From positions 13,904 through 77,903 of the IMG/VR virus record IMGVR_UViG_3300031992_000076: 64,000 nucleotides of DNA. The stretch is one strand, 5' to 3'. Each line of letters starts with the position of its first letter. Position 1 is the stretch's first letter. A model generated the notes under the pieces. That model made no database searches. It had not been told where the DNA came from and was given only the letters and a program-made list of their open reading frames with translations. Positions 20,368-30,465 of the stretch are shown here, in pieces. The DNA comes from a virus (taxonomy: Duplodnaviria > Caudoviricetes). The translations under genes were made by a program, and so were the position numbers.

Positions 20368-21399
20368 TTACTTATTTTTAATTAAATCCTGTAAATCAGT
20401 AACTACTAAACTTACAGCTTCTACTTGGTCTCTTGTAGCATCTTTCATGCGGTGCCCTTTGCCTAAATAACTTTCAATAATTTGAGAAATTCTAGGCTGC
20501 CAATATTCTTTAAATTTCTGACCATCTTCTGTTTCTGCGGTCATATCGCTAGATCCAGGAATATTTGCTACAATATCATTAAATTCCTGCATTAAAGTAT
20601 CAAAATCAAGACTAGAAGTTGTATCAAGATGTACATTTTCTCTTTTATCTGTAAAAAGCTCTGCCCCATCTTCTGCCATTTGTTTATCAAGAGCATCCCC
20701 AATAGCTTTTACAAGATTATCATAACTTAAGTCGATATAATCAGGAGTATACTTAAAGCGGGAGCCAGCTTCATAGCGGGAAGTCCCTCGCATAAACATA
20801 ACTACTTTTTCATTACCAGATTCATCTGTTACTGAACGAGTATACCCAATAATATCACACATTCTAGCTAAAACATTATTTGCTCTTTTGTCAAGTGTAG
20901 GAACAATTTTATTATACTGTTTTCCACTTTCATCTGTAAAAGTTTTATCTGTTTCATGAGAAATAACTACAAGACCATATCCCATCTGGACAATCTGACG
21001 AAGACTTTCATCAAATTCTTTCTCTACAAGCCCATAGCCTTTACCATATCCAATATCAGAAATAGTATCAGCATTATTATTTGCACAGATATACTTACTA
21101 CAATAATCATAAGCAATGTCTGCGGTATCTATAATAATTGTTTCAAACATCTGTTTAGCTTTTTCTTCTTTTAACTGACGAAGAACCTGTTTAAATTCAG
21201 ACCAGCTATTAATAGGCTGAGCCATTGCTCCAGGAATAGCAGAATAACCCTTTTCAAAAGCTAAAAGAAAATGCTTAGGGAACTTAACTGCAGTGGTAGT
21301 TTTACCAGTTTTCCATCCTCCATAAAGGAATACTGAATATCCTCTCATATCTCGGCTAACCTGGTGAGGAGCTACACTAAAAATATCTATTGAACCCAT
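20368..21399 (-). CDS. AAA_24 / Sak4-like recombination ATPase
   Basis: YGGWKTGKTT, IIIDTAD, ISHE, CDIIGY, AGSRF. Confidence 0.85.
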   Translation of the reverse strand: MGSIDIFSVAPHQVSRDMRGYSVFLYGGWKTGKTTTAVKFPKHFLLAFEKGYSAIPGAMAQPINSWSEFKQVLRQLKEEKAKQMFETIIIDTADIAYDYCSKYICANNNADTISDIGYGKGYGLVEKEFDESLRQIVQMGYGLVVISHETDKTFTDESGKQYNKIVPTLDKRANNVLARMCDIIGYTRSVTDESGNEKVVMFMRGTSRYEAGSRFKYTPDYIDLSYDNLVKAIGDALDKQMAEDGAELFTDKRENVHLDTTSSLDFDTLMQEFNDIVANIPGSSDMTAETEDGQKFKEYWQPRISQIIESYLGKGHRMKDATRDQVEAVSLVVTDLQDLIKNK

Positions 21400-21536
21400 T
21401 ATACTAAATCTCCTTTTAAAAAATTCTAAACTAATTTTAAAATCTTGATTGCGATCAAAATCGCCCCACTAAACTAATTCTTTATTAATTTAAAACATAG
21501 AGGAGAAAACCCCTCTATGCTATTTATTTAAATTAA

Positions 21537-22487
21537 TTAGAAATTAAATCCACCAGCTGCAGCGGGTGCAGAAGCTACACTAGAAGCACTTCCCGCATTC
21601 TTACTTGCCTGATATTCATCCTGTCTCTTCTTTACATCAGCAAGATAAACTTCTCTATCAGCCATAGCCTTCTTTACTTCATCGAGAGTAATACCATTTT
21701 CACTATCGCCAATTTCATAAACAGCATCGGGCTTTGATGTTCCAGTAATGACCCATTCACGAATAGTTCTTGTATACTCTTTTACTGCAGGCTCACCAAA
21801 AGCGGACTCTTCTTCTGTACGAGTTACGATTGTCTGGCTATTGATATTACCCCAAACCTTTGTAAATACAAGATTCTGAGGAGATACATCAAGAGATTCA
21901 AAATATTTCATACCACCTTCAGATTTAACAATAAATTCAACAGGAAGAATTGCATTATTAAATGCAAATACAGCGCCCTTAAGAACTACATAATCTTTTT
22001 CAATATGTCTTTCTTCATCTGCTTCAACGTGTTTTACTCCATTAATAAGCATATCCATTTCAAATTTATTACGCTCATCATCAAGAGAAGAAACAATAGT
22101 TACAAACCCACCATTGCATCTCTTTGCTGAAACAAGAGTTTCTTCACCATTCCTATTTGTATAGAAATCATTAAGAGCAAGCGCGGTATCAACCTTTACC
22201 ATCATAGCAGAATCCTTACCATCAGCAAGAATAGTCTTACCATTATCAATAATATTCTTTAAAGCAGAATAAGTAGAATTTACCTTACCAGTCTTAGTTG
22301 TAGGCTGTACAAATGTAAAATTAACTGTAATAATATTAAGGCAATCATCATCAGTTGCTACATCAAGAGTTCCACCAATATACTCTTTACCAAAATTATC
22401 AGAGGCGGAGTTCTGTACTGTTTTTACTGCAAGTGAATGATCATAAACTCTTCCACAAACTTTAATTCTGTTTAATGCTTTTCTCAT
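21537..22487 (-). CDS. Phage single-stranded DNA-binding protein (putative)
   Basis: Tandem OB-like beta patterns, low-complexity tail ending GGFNF; next to the recombinase. Confidence 0.7.
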   Translation of the reverse strand: MRKALNRIKVCGRVYDHSLAVKTVQNSASDNFGKEYIGGTLDVATDDDCLNIITVNFTFVQPTTKTGKVNSTYSALKNIIDNGKTILADGKDSAMMVKVDTALALNDFYTNRNGEETLVSAKRCNGGFVTIVSSLDDERNKFEMDMLINGVKHVEADEERHIEKDYVVLKGAVFAFNNAILPVEFIVKSEGGMKYFESLDVSPQNLVFTKVWGNINSQTIVTRTEEESAFGEPAVKEYTRTIREWVITGTSKPDAVYEIGDSENGITLDEVKKAMADREVYLADVKKRQDEYQASKNAGSASSVASAPAAAGGFNF

Positions 22488-22538
22488 TTTTTGTCCTCAT
22501 TCTTTCTTTTGTAATTTTTATTTTTAAACTATAATAAT

Positions 22539-22567
22539 ATTATATCAAAAATTTTGAAAAAAGTCAA
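22539..22567 (-). promoter_or_regulatory. Sigma-A-type promoter
   Basis: TTGACT-17 nt-TATAAT. Confidence 0.8.
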
Positions 22568-22571
22568 GATA

Positions 22572-22934
22572 TTATACTTCTTCAAGACTAGTCTCTGCGC
22601 CCTTTTGAGTTAAGCTATAAATAACAGGATTTTCACCTATTTTTTCTACATAACCATCTGTAACCAATTTTCTTAATGCACCAGACACAGTTCTTGAAGA
22701 AATACCAAGACCTTCTCCAATATTTTTTGCTTTAAAAAGATTATTATATAAATCTTTATTGCTCTGAATATATTTTAAAACTATTTTACCATTATTAGTA
22801 AATGCAGGCTTTTCTTTATCTCCTGTTGCATTTAATCCATTCCAATAATCAAGAGCATCCTGAGAGAAAACTTTTTCAGGTGCATCTCCAGTTAAAGCTA
22901 ATACTTCATTAATAAAAATTTCTTTTTTACTCAT
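22572..22934 (-). CDS. Winged-helix DNA-binding protein
   Basis: KAKNIGEGLGISSRTVSGALRKLVTDGYVEK...YSLTQKG. Confidence 0.8.
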   Translation of the reverse strand: MSKKEIFINEVLALTGDAPEKVFSQDALDYWNGLNATGDKEKPAFTNNGKIVLKYIQSNKDLYNNLFKAKNIGEGLGISSRTVSGALRKLVTDGYVEKIGENPVIYSLTQKGAETSLEEV

Positions 22935-22988
22935 TATTTTTCTCCTACTAAAATATTAAAACATTTTTACTTTTCATCTTATATTTTT

Positions 22989-23017
22989 ATTATATCATAA
23001 TTTTTATTAATTGTCAA
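22989..23017 (-). promoter_or_regulatory. Sigma-A-type promoter
   Basis: TTGACA-17 nt-TATAAT. Confidence 0.8.
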
Positions 23018-23735
23018 ATAGTAGAAGCTCATTGGCATAGGGAAGTGCGGAGGCCCAGTCTATAAACTGTTTCCACTCAGATAATTTATGTCCCTTTCGC
23101 CAATGTATAATATTACGAAGGACTGCATAATTAGCTGTCCACGTTCTAGTCTGAAGCCAAGACTCTGGAAGTATACGAATAAGCTCTTTCCAATATTTCA
23201 TATCTTTAGTTTCAAGATATCTTTGACGGAGTGTCTCACAATAGCAGATAATGTTGTCCCACATATCATCTACATAATCATCAATATTATAAGGTTCTCT
23301 ATCATATAATTTAAGATTACCATTATAATCATCCATTTCAAAACACTCTTTTGTTATTGGTGTAGATGCTAACTTATGCATAGTTGAAGTAGAATTGGCT
23401 GTAGTCCCAATCTTATAAGTATCTAGCTCTTTCCAAAGATAGAGCGGAGCTGTAATATCAACAGACACAAAAATTTGACGAAGAAATTTATCATTAGGAC
23501 TTCCCGCCTTAATCATTCTTTGAGCCAAATCCATATCATTAGGACCTATACCAAGAAATTTTGCATTCTGGCTATCTATTTCTATAGCCTGATTCCCGCA
23601 AAGAGCTTCATTTGTAGGCGTATCATCATACCATAAAGTATCTCCTTTAGCATAGCTCTCAAATGGATGGCGGAGTCCGTGAAATGCATTCTCCCAGTTA
23701 TATGTTGCTGTTCGTTCAAATTTCATTTTATACAA
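23007..23735 (-). CDS. ThyX-like (Thy1 fold) thymidylate synthase, divergent
   Basis: KFLRQI.V.VDITAPLYLWKELDTY, LPESW, NY..LRNI...RK.HKL.EW. Confidence 0.7.
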   Translation of the reverse strand: MYKMKFERTATYNWENAFHGLRHPFESYAKGDTLWYDDTPTNEALCGNQAIEIDSQNAKFLGIGPNDMDLAQRMIKAGSPNDKFLRQIFVSVDITAPLYLWKELDTYKIGTTANSTSTMHKLASTPITKECFEMDDYNGNLKLYDREPYNIDDYVDDMWDNIICYCETLRQRYLETKDMKYWKELIRILPESWLQTRTWTANYAVLRNIIHWRKGHKLSEWKQFIDWASALPYANELLLFDN

Positions 23736-24372
23736 GCTCCTTTAAAATTTCATCTACAAAGCCTTCTGTAATACCATCTTCAGCAGTATACCAAATATCG
23801 TCTTTGCGAATATCCTGATATTGTGCTTCTGTAATATTTGTATTTGCCAAAGTTATTTCCTTAAGATGATTAAGCATTCTTTTATAAAAAGCGGTATAGT
23901 TTTCAAATTGCCCACTTGTTCCACCATTTTGTGTTGAACCTTCATGGAATAAGAATGAAGCATGAGGATACGCAAATCGCTTATGCCCAGAAATGAAAGT
24001 AAAAAATCCACCTGAGTATGCGCATCCAACAGCAATAGTCCAAACTGGTGTTTTACTCATTTTAATGGCATCAATAATGGTAAAAGTATCTGTTAAAGAA
24101 CCGCCGCAAGAATCAATATAAATTTTAATTGGTTTTCTTTCATTTACAGGTATATTGTGATCATCATCATATTGATTCCAAAATCTAATATATCCATCAA
24201 TAGAAGAACCTGTCCCAGATTTAATATCATAAAGATATACTTCTCTATGAAGCGCACCATCTAAATTAAGAACATCTTCAAATGTTTTTGTATCTTCTTT
24301 TAAATTTTCTGAAAGTATGTCTAATAAATCATCCAAAGGGATTTCAAATTTTTGTGTATCATAATCAACCAT
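23728..24372 (-). CDS. clpP: ClpP-like serine protease
   Basis: IYIDSCGG, GCAYSGG (catalytic Ser), FLFHEG (His). Confidence 0.88.
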   Translation of the reverse strand: MVDYDTQKFEIPLDDLLDILSENLKEDTKTFEDVLNLDGALHREVYLYDIKSGTGSSIDGYIRFWNQYDDDHNIPVNERKPIKIYIDSCGGSLTDTFTIIDAIKMSKTPVWTIAVGCAYSGGFFTFISGHKRFAYPHASFLFHEGSTQNGGTSGQFENYTAFYKRMLNHLKEITLANTNITEAQYQDIRKDDIWYTAEDGITEGFVDEILKELV

Positions 24373-24386
24373 TATATTTTCTCCTT

Positions 24387-25370
24387 TTATCTTGAATTTC
24401 CTTGAGTTTTATTATAACCAAAATTTTTTGCATCATATAAATCTATATAATATTTTTCTTTTTCATCTAATAGGGCGGGAGGCACTTCTTCTAAAATCTC
24501 CCATGAAAAATTCCATATTCCATATTCTTGCATTGCTTGGTATAGCTTATTTCCTGCAGGAGTATCTATATGTAAACCGCATTTAGCGTGATCTTTCCAG
24601 CGGGAAGCCAGATCTATGGCTTGCCCAATATAACACTCTTTTGTTTTAATATTAGTTATTTTATAAATTCCACTTTTAACAGTAGTGCCTATAACTTGAT
24701 TGCAAAGAGTTGTCATAGGAGTTCTAAAAAACGTTTGCCAAATCAACATCCATAAAATTCTAGGTTTAGAAAGCTTTGGAGCAACCGCCTCTAATACACC
24801 AATATCTTTAATATCTGATTCTGGAATAGTTAAACAATAGAAAGAAAGCTTTTCTTCTATTTCTTTTTCTCTTGTTTGAGCTTGTATGGCGGCAGTTCGT
24901 GTAGCTTTTATCTGGGTAAGATCTTTTTGAACTCTATCTAATTCTTGCAATAATTCTAACTGTCTATTAGCATATGCAGTTTCTAATGCATCTTTATATT
25001 GGTTATATTCTTCTTCACATTCATTATATTGCTTATCAAGGACTTCACAATAATTTTCAAAAGCTTTTTTAGATAATTCCTCTTTTGCTTTTGTAGAAGA
25101 ATTAATTGTAGATTGAATTTCTTTCAATCTTTCTTTATCTTTTTCAATAGCATTATTTAAAATAACTTTAGTCATCGATAAACTATCATAATTATTTTTT
25201 AAAGCTATTGTTTCTTCTCTTAATTCTTTATTTTTATTTTCTATTTCTTCATTTTGCTTAATAATACTATTATTAATTTGTTTTGTATGTTTTAAAGAAT
25301 AAAGAGAATAAATAAATAATAATATACCAATGATTAATAGTATAATATTTAATATTAGCATATTATACAA
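24387..25370 (-). CDS. Membrane-anchored coiled-coil protein with C-terminal GIY-YIG nuclease domain
   Basis: N-terminal TM helix, ~170-aa coiled coil, GIYKITN...YIGQA...RW..H, E and N catalytic residues. Confidence 0.8.
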   Translation of the reverse strand: MYNMLILNIILLIIGILLFIYSLYSLKHTKQINNSIIKQNEEIENKNKELREETIALKNNYDSLSMTKVILNNAIEKDKERLKEIQSTINSSTKAKEELSKKAFENYCEVLDKQYNECEEEYNQYKDALETAYANRQLELLQELDRVQKDLTQIKATRTAAIQAQTREKEIEEKLSFYCLTIPESDIKDIGVLEAVAPKLSKPRILWMLIWQTFFRTPMTTLCNQVIGTTVKSGIYKITNIKTKECYIGQAIDLASRWKDHAKCGLHIDTPAGNKLYQAMQEYGIWNFSWEILEEVPPALLDEKEKYYIDLYDAKNFGYNKTQGNSR

Positions 25371-25451
25371 CTCCTTTTATATCCAGTTAAAAAATAAGGA
25401 GAGGTATTTCCTCTCCTTACACCAATATTTAATTGTCAAAATAAAAATTTA

Positions 25452-25760
25452 TTACTCAGCCTTAGCTGCAGCCTGCTCAGCCTCATAAGCTGCAACAACT
25501 GCGTCATGGTCATAAGCCTTACCAGCCTCAGTCAACTTAATAAGCTTGATGGGCTTTGTGGTTCCATCTTCCATCTCGATCTCAGCGGGAACTCTCTCTA
25601 CAAGGTTCTTATTTCTAATAAGACCAGCGGTTACAACGCCATCAACTGTTTTCTTCTCCATACCAAGTGCTTCAGCAATATCAGCTGCGGTAAGATTTGC
25701 ATCCTCATTAGCCTTAAGATAATCAAGTACTGTTAATGATTTCTCAGATACAGGTTTCAT
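25452..25760 (-). CDS. Winged-helix DNA-binding protein, probably abundant
   Basis: LTAADIAEALGMEKKTVDGVV...IKLTEAG; GC3-rich high-expression codons; tandem promoters. Confidence 0.75.
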   Translation of the reverse strand: MKPVSEKSLTVLDYLKANEDANLTAADIAEALGMEKKTVDGVVTAGLIRNKNLVERVPAEIEMEDGTTKPIKLIKLTEAGKAYDHDAVVAAYEAEQAAAKAE

Positions 25761-25860
25761 AATTTTTTGTTCTCCTTTGTTTCATACAATTTTTTTATTA
25801 TTTTTAAACTACTATTATATAAAAGTAAGTATATAAAATATATCTACCTTTTATACATAT

Positions 25861-25977
25861 ATTATAACAAAAATTTTTATATTTTGCAAGTTAATGTCCG
25901 ATTCAGTCTAAAATATAAAAATTTTTATTTCCTTTAACTTATATATATATTATACTAAAAATTTTACTTTTTTGCAA
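25861..25977 (-). promoter_or_regulatory. Two tandem sigma-A-type promoters
   Basis: TTGCAA-17-TATAAT at 25861-25889 and 25949-25977. Confidence 0.7.
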
Positions 25978-25988
25978 GTAGTGGATGA

Positions 25989-27950
25989 TTAATCTCTCAT
26001 TAAAAGATACTGTTCTTCGCTAATAATTGGAATACCTAGTTCTTTAGCTTTTTTATTCTTGCTTGAAGTAGAATTAATATCGTTATTAATTAAATAATCA
26101 GTTTTTGATGATATTGAACTAGCTACTTTCCCGCCGAGAGACTCAATTTCTGCTTTCAATTCATCTCGGTTTTTATAATTTATTACTTTGCCAGTAATAA
26201 CAAAAGTTTTATCTTTAATTGCAGCGGTTAGGGCAACTTCAGACTGAATCTCTGGCTGTATGAAGTCTAATATTCCCGCACATTCATCCGCCTCAGTATA
26301 ATTAAAATTGTTAATTGCTTTACTTATTTCTGGACCAAATCCTTCAAATTCAGTCCAATTTCCGCCAATAGCCGCTTTAAATTCTTCCCAAGTGGGATAG
26401 TATTTAACGATTTCTTTGGCGACCGCTTTTCCGACGAGAGGAATCCCAATAGCCGATATAAATGATTCAAGCTTTGGGTGTCGCCCCTCCGCATTAATGG
26501 CATCCAATATTTTATTAACTGAAGCTTTTCCAAATCCTGATTTAGATTCCCACTCAGTTCTATATTGTTCGAGATTATAAATGTCATTAAGTTCATTAAT
26601 CCATCCCCAATCTATAAGTTTACTAATAGTAGCTTTAGATATTCCTTTTACATTTAAACCTTTAATACCTAGAAAATGATCTACACGATTCAGGAGTTTT
26701 CCCTCGCAAGACAGATTCCCGCATATTACATTATAAACTCCACTATCACTTTGAACTATTTTTGTAGGTTCGCCACATATAGGACAAGTAGTACAAATTC
26801 CATTATCTAAAATATGGTCATGGAAAATATCATTCTTATTTGCTCTTGTTATTTGCGGAATAATCATATTCATCTTTGCCACCCAGATTTTTTGATTTTG
26901 TTCTGGATATCTACCTAATGTATCTCTTAATACAGACAAATTATGCAAAGATGCACGCTCTATGATAGTACCATCTATATCAATAGGTTTAAATATAGCA
27001 ACTGGAGTAAGAACTCCTGTTCTACCCATAGACCATTCTATATCAAGAAGTTCTGTTTCATAATCCTCATCATAAAATTTGTAAGCTAGTGCTGAATTAA
27101 AGTGATGCTCAGTTCTTCCACATGATTCACAATATTTTTTACTTTCAAACTTAAATACATAGCCATCAATAGGACAAACACTATAAGGATATTCATTTCT
27201 CATTTCATCCAATATTTTTATTGCATCTTCTATTGTTTCCGCATCTCCAACTCTAGGAACTGTATCAAAACCCCAATCATCGAGTTGCTCCAACCTACGA
27301 AAATTAAAATCTATATCATTACAACCTTTAATTAAATCCCATGCAATAAATGATAATTTACGAGCTGCGCACTCTTTGCTAGACAGTTGTCTAATAGAGC
27401 CTGCCGCCATATTTCTAGGATTTGCAAAGATATTTTTAAATTCTGTATTAAAAGTATCTAAATCACAAATAATTTCACCATCAACAATAGTGAGTTCTAG
27501 ATTAGGAATAGATTTAGGAATATTTGATATTACCATTGCATTATGAGTTACATCCTCTCCCTCAACACCATTACCTCTTGTTGATGCCTGAATTAAATTA
27601 CCATTAGAATAAATTAAACGAGCTGATAATCCGTCAAGTTTAAACATACCAAACCAATCATGTTCTTTAACAAAAGAAGAAACAATATCAATATCTTTTG
27701 TTTTATCAAGGCTTAGCATAGGCGGTTGGTCATGGATTACTTTATCTAATTTTGATTTAACTGTATAACTAATAGACTGAGTTGGCGAATCTGGATAAAT
27801 AATTCCAGTTTGCTGCTCAAGATTAATTAACTGAAAATAAAGATTATCCCATTCTTTATCAGAAATCTGCGGGGTTCCTTTATCATATAATTTAGTAAAG
27901 TAATTTAATTTATCTATCAATCCTCTTATATCTTTTGTTGTTTGGTCCAT
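25989..27950 (-). CDS. ligA: NAD-dependent DNA ligase
   Basis: KLDGLS, STRGNG, RNMAAGS, Zn finger, HhH repeats, BRCT (FVITG). Confidence 0.96.
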   Translation of the reverse strand: MDQTTKDIRGLIDKLNYFTKLYDKGTPQISDKEWDNLYFQLINLEQQTGIIYPDSPTQSISYTVKSKLDKVIHDQPPMLSLDKTKDIDIVSSFVKEHDWFGMFKLDGLSARLIYSNGNLIQASTRGNGVEGEDVTHNAMVISNIPKSIPNLELTIVDGEIICDLDTFNTEFKNIFANPRNMAAGSIRQLSSKECAARKLSFIAWDLIKGCNDIDFNFRRLEQLDDWGFDTVPRVGDAETIEDAIKILDEMRNEYPYSVCPIDGYVFKFESKKYCESCGRTEHHFNSALAYKFYDEDYETELLDIEWSMGRTGVLTPVAIFKPIDIDGTIIERASLHNLSVLRDTLGRYPEQNQKIWVAKMNMIIPQITRANKNDIFHDHILDNGICTTCPICGEPTKIVQSDSGVYNVICGNLSCEGKLLNRVDHFLGIKGLNVKGISKATISKLIDWGWINELNDIYNLEQYRTEWESKSGFGKASVNKILDAINAEGRHPKLESFISAIGIPLVGKAVAKEIVKYYPTWEEFKAAIGGNWTEFEGFGPEISKAINNFNYTEADECAGILDFIQPEIQSEVALTAAIKDKTFVITGKVINYKNRDELKAEIESLGGKVASSISSKTDYLINNDINSTSSKNKKAKELGIPIISEEQYLLMRD

Positions 27951-27978
27951 TTAACATTTCCTCTTTTATTATATAATA

Positions 27979-28099
27979 ATTATATCATAATTTTTTTAAA
28001 ATGTCAATAGATAAAATTAAAAGGCTAGATTTATTTTATCTAACCTTTTAATTTTTAACTCTCTTTAAAAATTATATTAAAAATTTTTGAGTTTGTCAA
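27979..28099 (-). promoter_or_regulatory. Two tandem sigma-A-type promoters flanking a terminator hairpin
   Basis: TTGACA-17-TATAAT at 27979-28007 and 28071-28099. Confidence 0.75.
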
Positions 28100-28110
28100 G
28101 GGTATTCCTT

Positions 28111-30465
28111 TTAAAGTTTAGTTATTGAATTAACTAAATTATTTTTAACAATAATACTTCCTTGTGAAGGTTTTGTTTGAAGTGGAACATCTTTTGCGGA
28201 AATGCATATAGATGATTTAGTTCCACTTACAAGAATATTATCTTCATCAGATAACATTGCAGCACCAACAATCCTTACTCCAGGATCAAGTTTATAACAA
28301 GTAGTACCTTTGCCGCCTCTTCCCTGAAGCGGGAAGTCTGCTAAATTAAGTTTTTTACCCATTCCCCCAGAAGTGAATAACCCTACTGTATCAGTATCTT
28401 TATGTACTGGAAGCGCAGTTACTACTTCATCATTATCATTAAGTTTAATTCCAACTACACCTGTCGCAGTTCTACCAATGGCTCCAATTTCTTTTGTTCC
28501 AAATTTAATACTCATACCATTTTTAGTAATGATAATTATATCTTCATCATCTTGAAATGACACCTTAGCTACTGAATCCCCATCTTTAAGCTTTAGAGCA
28601 GCAATTCCTGCATTTTTCTTTGCACCAAGATATTCACTTAAGAAACTCTTTTTAATAATACCTTGTTTAGTTATAAAAATTGCAAATTGAGGAAGCTTTT
28701 GTCTATGAAGTGAAGTAACGGCAATTACTTTTTCATTAGACTCAAGTTTTACTAAACTATTGATTGGTACTCCTTTTGTTGTATTAGTTCCATCAGGAAT
28801 ATTATCGACAATAGTTCGATACATCTTCCCCGTTTGAGTAAAGAACATCATATAATCAACTGTATTTGTCTTAATAGCTGACATAATTGCATCATCAGTT
28901 GATTTAACACCAATTCCGCCACGTTTCTGCACTTTAAAATTAGATACAGGGACTTTTTTAATTAATCCAGATTCTGTTGTAACTACTACTACATCAATAG
29001 GAACAACTTCAGCAATTTCTTTTTCCTCTGGTTTAATATCAATTTGAGTTAATTCAGTTTTTCTTCCTTCTTTACCATATTTTTTTACAAAAGAATTAAA
29101 TCTATTAAGATAAATTTCTTTTTGTTTATCAATATTTTTAATTATTTCTTCACATTTTGCTATTGTTGAAGTTAGTTCTGTTTTTTCTTCATTAAGTTCA
29201 ATCTTCTCCAAATGAGCTAATCGACCTAATTTCATATCTACGATAGCTTTAGCTTGTCGTTCTGTAAAATTATATTTTTTAATAAGATTTTGGCAAGCGG
29301 TAGCGGCACTTTCACTAGCCTTAATTAAAGCAATAATATTATCAATATTCTCTAATGCTTTTATAAGACCTTCTACAATTTCAAGTCTATCTTTTGCTTT
29401 TGCTAAATCAAATTCATGTTCTCTTTTAATGCAATCATAATTATGCTGAAGGTAAATATCGAGATATTGTTTAAGATTTAATAACTCAGGTGTTTTACCT
29501 ACAAGAGCATACTGATTAGCAGAATATGATTTTTGAAAACTTGTTTTTCTGTATAACTGAGTAAGAACTGATGCTGGACTTTCATCACATTCAATTTCAA
29601 TTAAAAGTTTTTTCTTATCACTTTTATTTAAAATATTTGAGATGCCATTTAATTCATCTTTTTCAATCAATTCTTTTATTTGAGCAATAAAAGGTTCAAC
29701 ATAAACCTGATAAGGAATTTCTGTTATCAGAATATTTTTTCCTTTTATTTCAGCTCTGCCTCTTAAAATAACTTTTCCCTTACCTGTTTTATAGATTGCG
29801 GGAAGGTCATTTTTATTAATAATAATTCCGCCAGAAGGAAAACTAGGGGCGATATCTGAATAGTCAATCTCTCCAGTAGTAAGATAATTATTAATAATTC
29901 TAGCTACATCAGAAAGACTATGGGTTAACCAAACATTTGCAATAGTTGAGCCAATACCTTGACAACCATTTACCATAAGTCTAGGAAGTAATGCAGGAAA
30001 TACCTGGGGCCATTCATCATCTTCACTAAAGTTTTTAATCATAGGAACATTATGTTTTTTAATTCCTTCTAACATCCCTTCTTCAGTAACTTTAGCAAGG
30101 CGGGCTTCGGTATATCTACTTGCTGCAGGCTCCCCGCTAATTTGAATAGAACCATTGGCACCATGCCAATCTACTTCAGGAATATTATTAATCCAAGGCT
30201 GAGACATTCTAGCAAATGTTTCATAAATGGCAGTATCACCATGCGGCCACCAACTTGCTATAACTCCACCAGAGATTTTTGCAGATTTTACATGGGGTTT
30301 ATTACTTAAATAACCTTTTGTAAACATTTCCCAAAGACAGGCTCTTTGACCTGGTTTTAAACCATCTCGTGCATCCGCAAATGCTCGCTGACAGTTGGCT
30401 TCAAAACTAAAATCAAGAAAGTTTTGACCTAATTCTTTTGTTATATCCATATTAGTCACAATCAT
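28111..30465 (-). CDS. gyrA: DNA gyrase subunit A
   Basis: RDGLKPGQR, HPHG-like WWPHGD, catalytic ASRYTE, beta-pinwheel with GyrA-box QKRGGIG. Confidence 0.93.
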   Translation of the reverse strand: MIVTNMDITKELGQNFLDFSFEANCQRAFADARDGLKPGQRACLWEMFTKGYLSNKPHVKSAKISGGVIASWWPHGDTAIYETFARMSQPWINNIPEVDWHGANGSIQISGEPAASRYTEARLAKVTEEGMLEGIKKHNVPMIKNFSEDDEWPQVFPALLPRLMVNGCQGIGSTIANVWLTHSLSDVARIINNYLTTGEIDYSDIAPSFPSGGIIINKNDLPAIYKTGKGKVILRGRAEIKGKNILITEIPYQVYVEPFIAQIKELIEKDELNGISNILNKSDKKKLLIEIECDESPASVLTQLYRKTSFQKSYSANQYALVGKTPELLNLKQYLDIYLQHNYDCIKREHEFDLAKAKDRLEIVEGLIKALENIDNIIALIKASESAATACQNLIKKYNFTERQAKAIVDMKLGRLAHLEKIELNEEKTELTSTIAKCEEIIKNIDKQKEIYLNRFNSFVKKYGKEGRKTELTQIDIKPEEKEIAEVVPIDVVVVTTESGLIKKVPVSNFKVQKRGGIGVKSTDDAIMSAIKTNTVDYMMFFTQTGKMYRTIVDNIPDGTNTTKGVPINSLVKLESNEKVIAVTSLHRQKLPQFAIFITKQGIIKKSFLSEYLGAKKNAGIAALKLKDGDSVAKVSFQDDEDIIIITKNGMSIKFGTKEIGAIGRTATGVVGIKLNDNDEVVTALPVHKDTDTVGLFTSGGMGKKLNLADFPLQGRGGKGTTCYKLDPGVRIVGAAMLSDEDNILVSGTKSSICISAKDVPLQTKPSQGSIIVKNNLVNSITKL

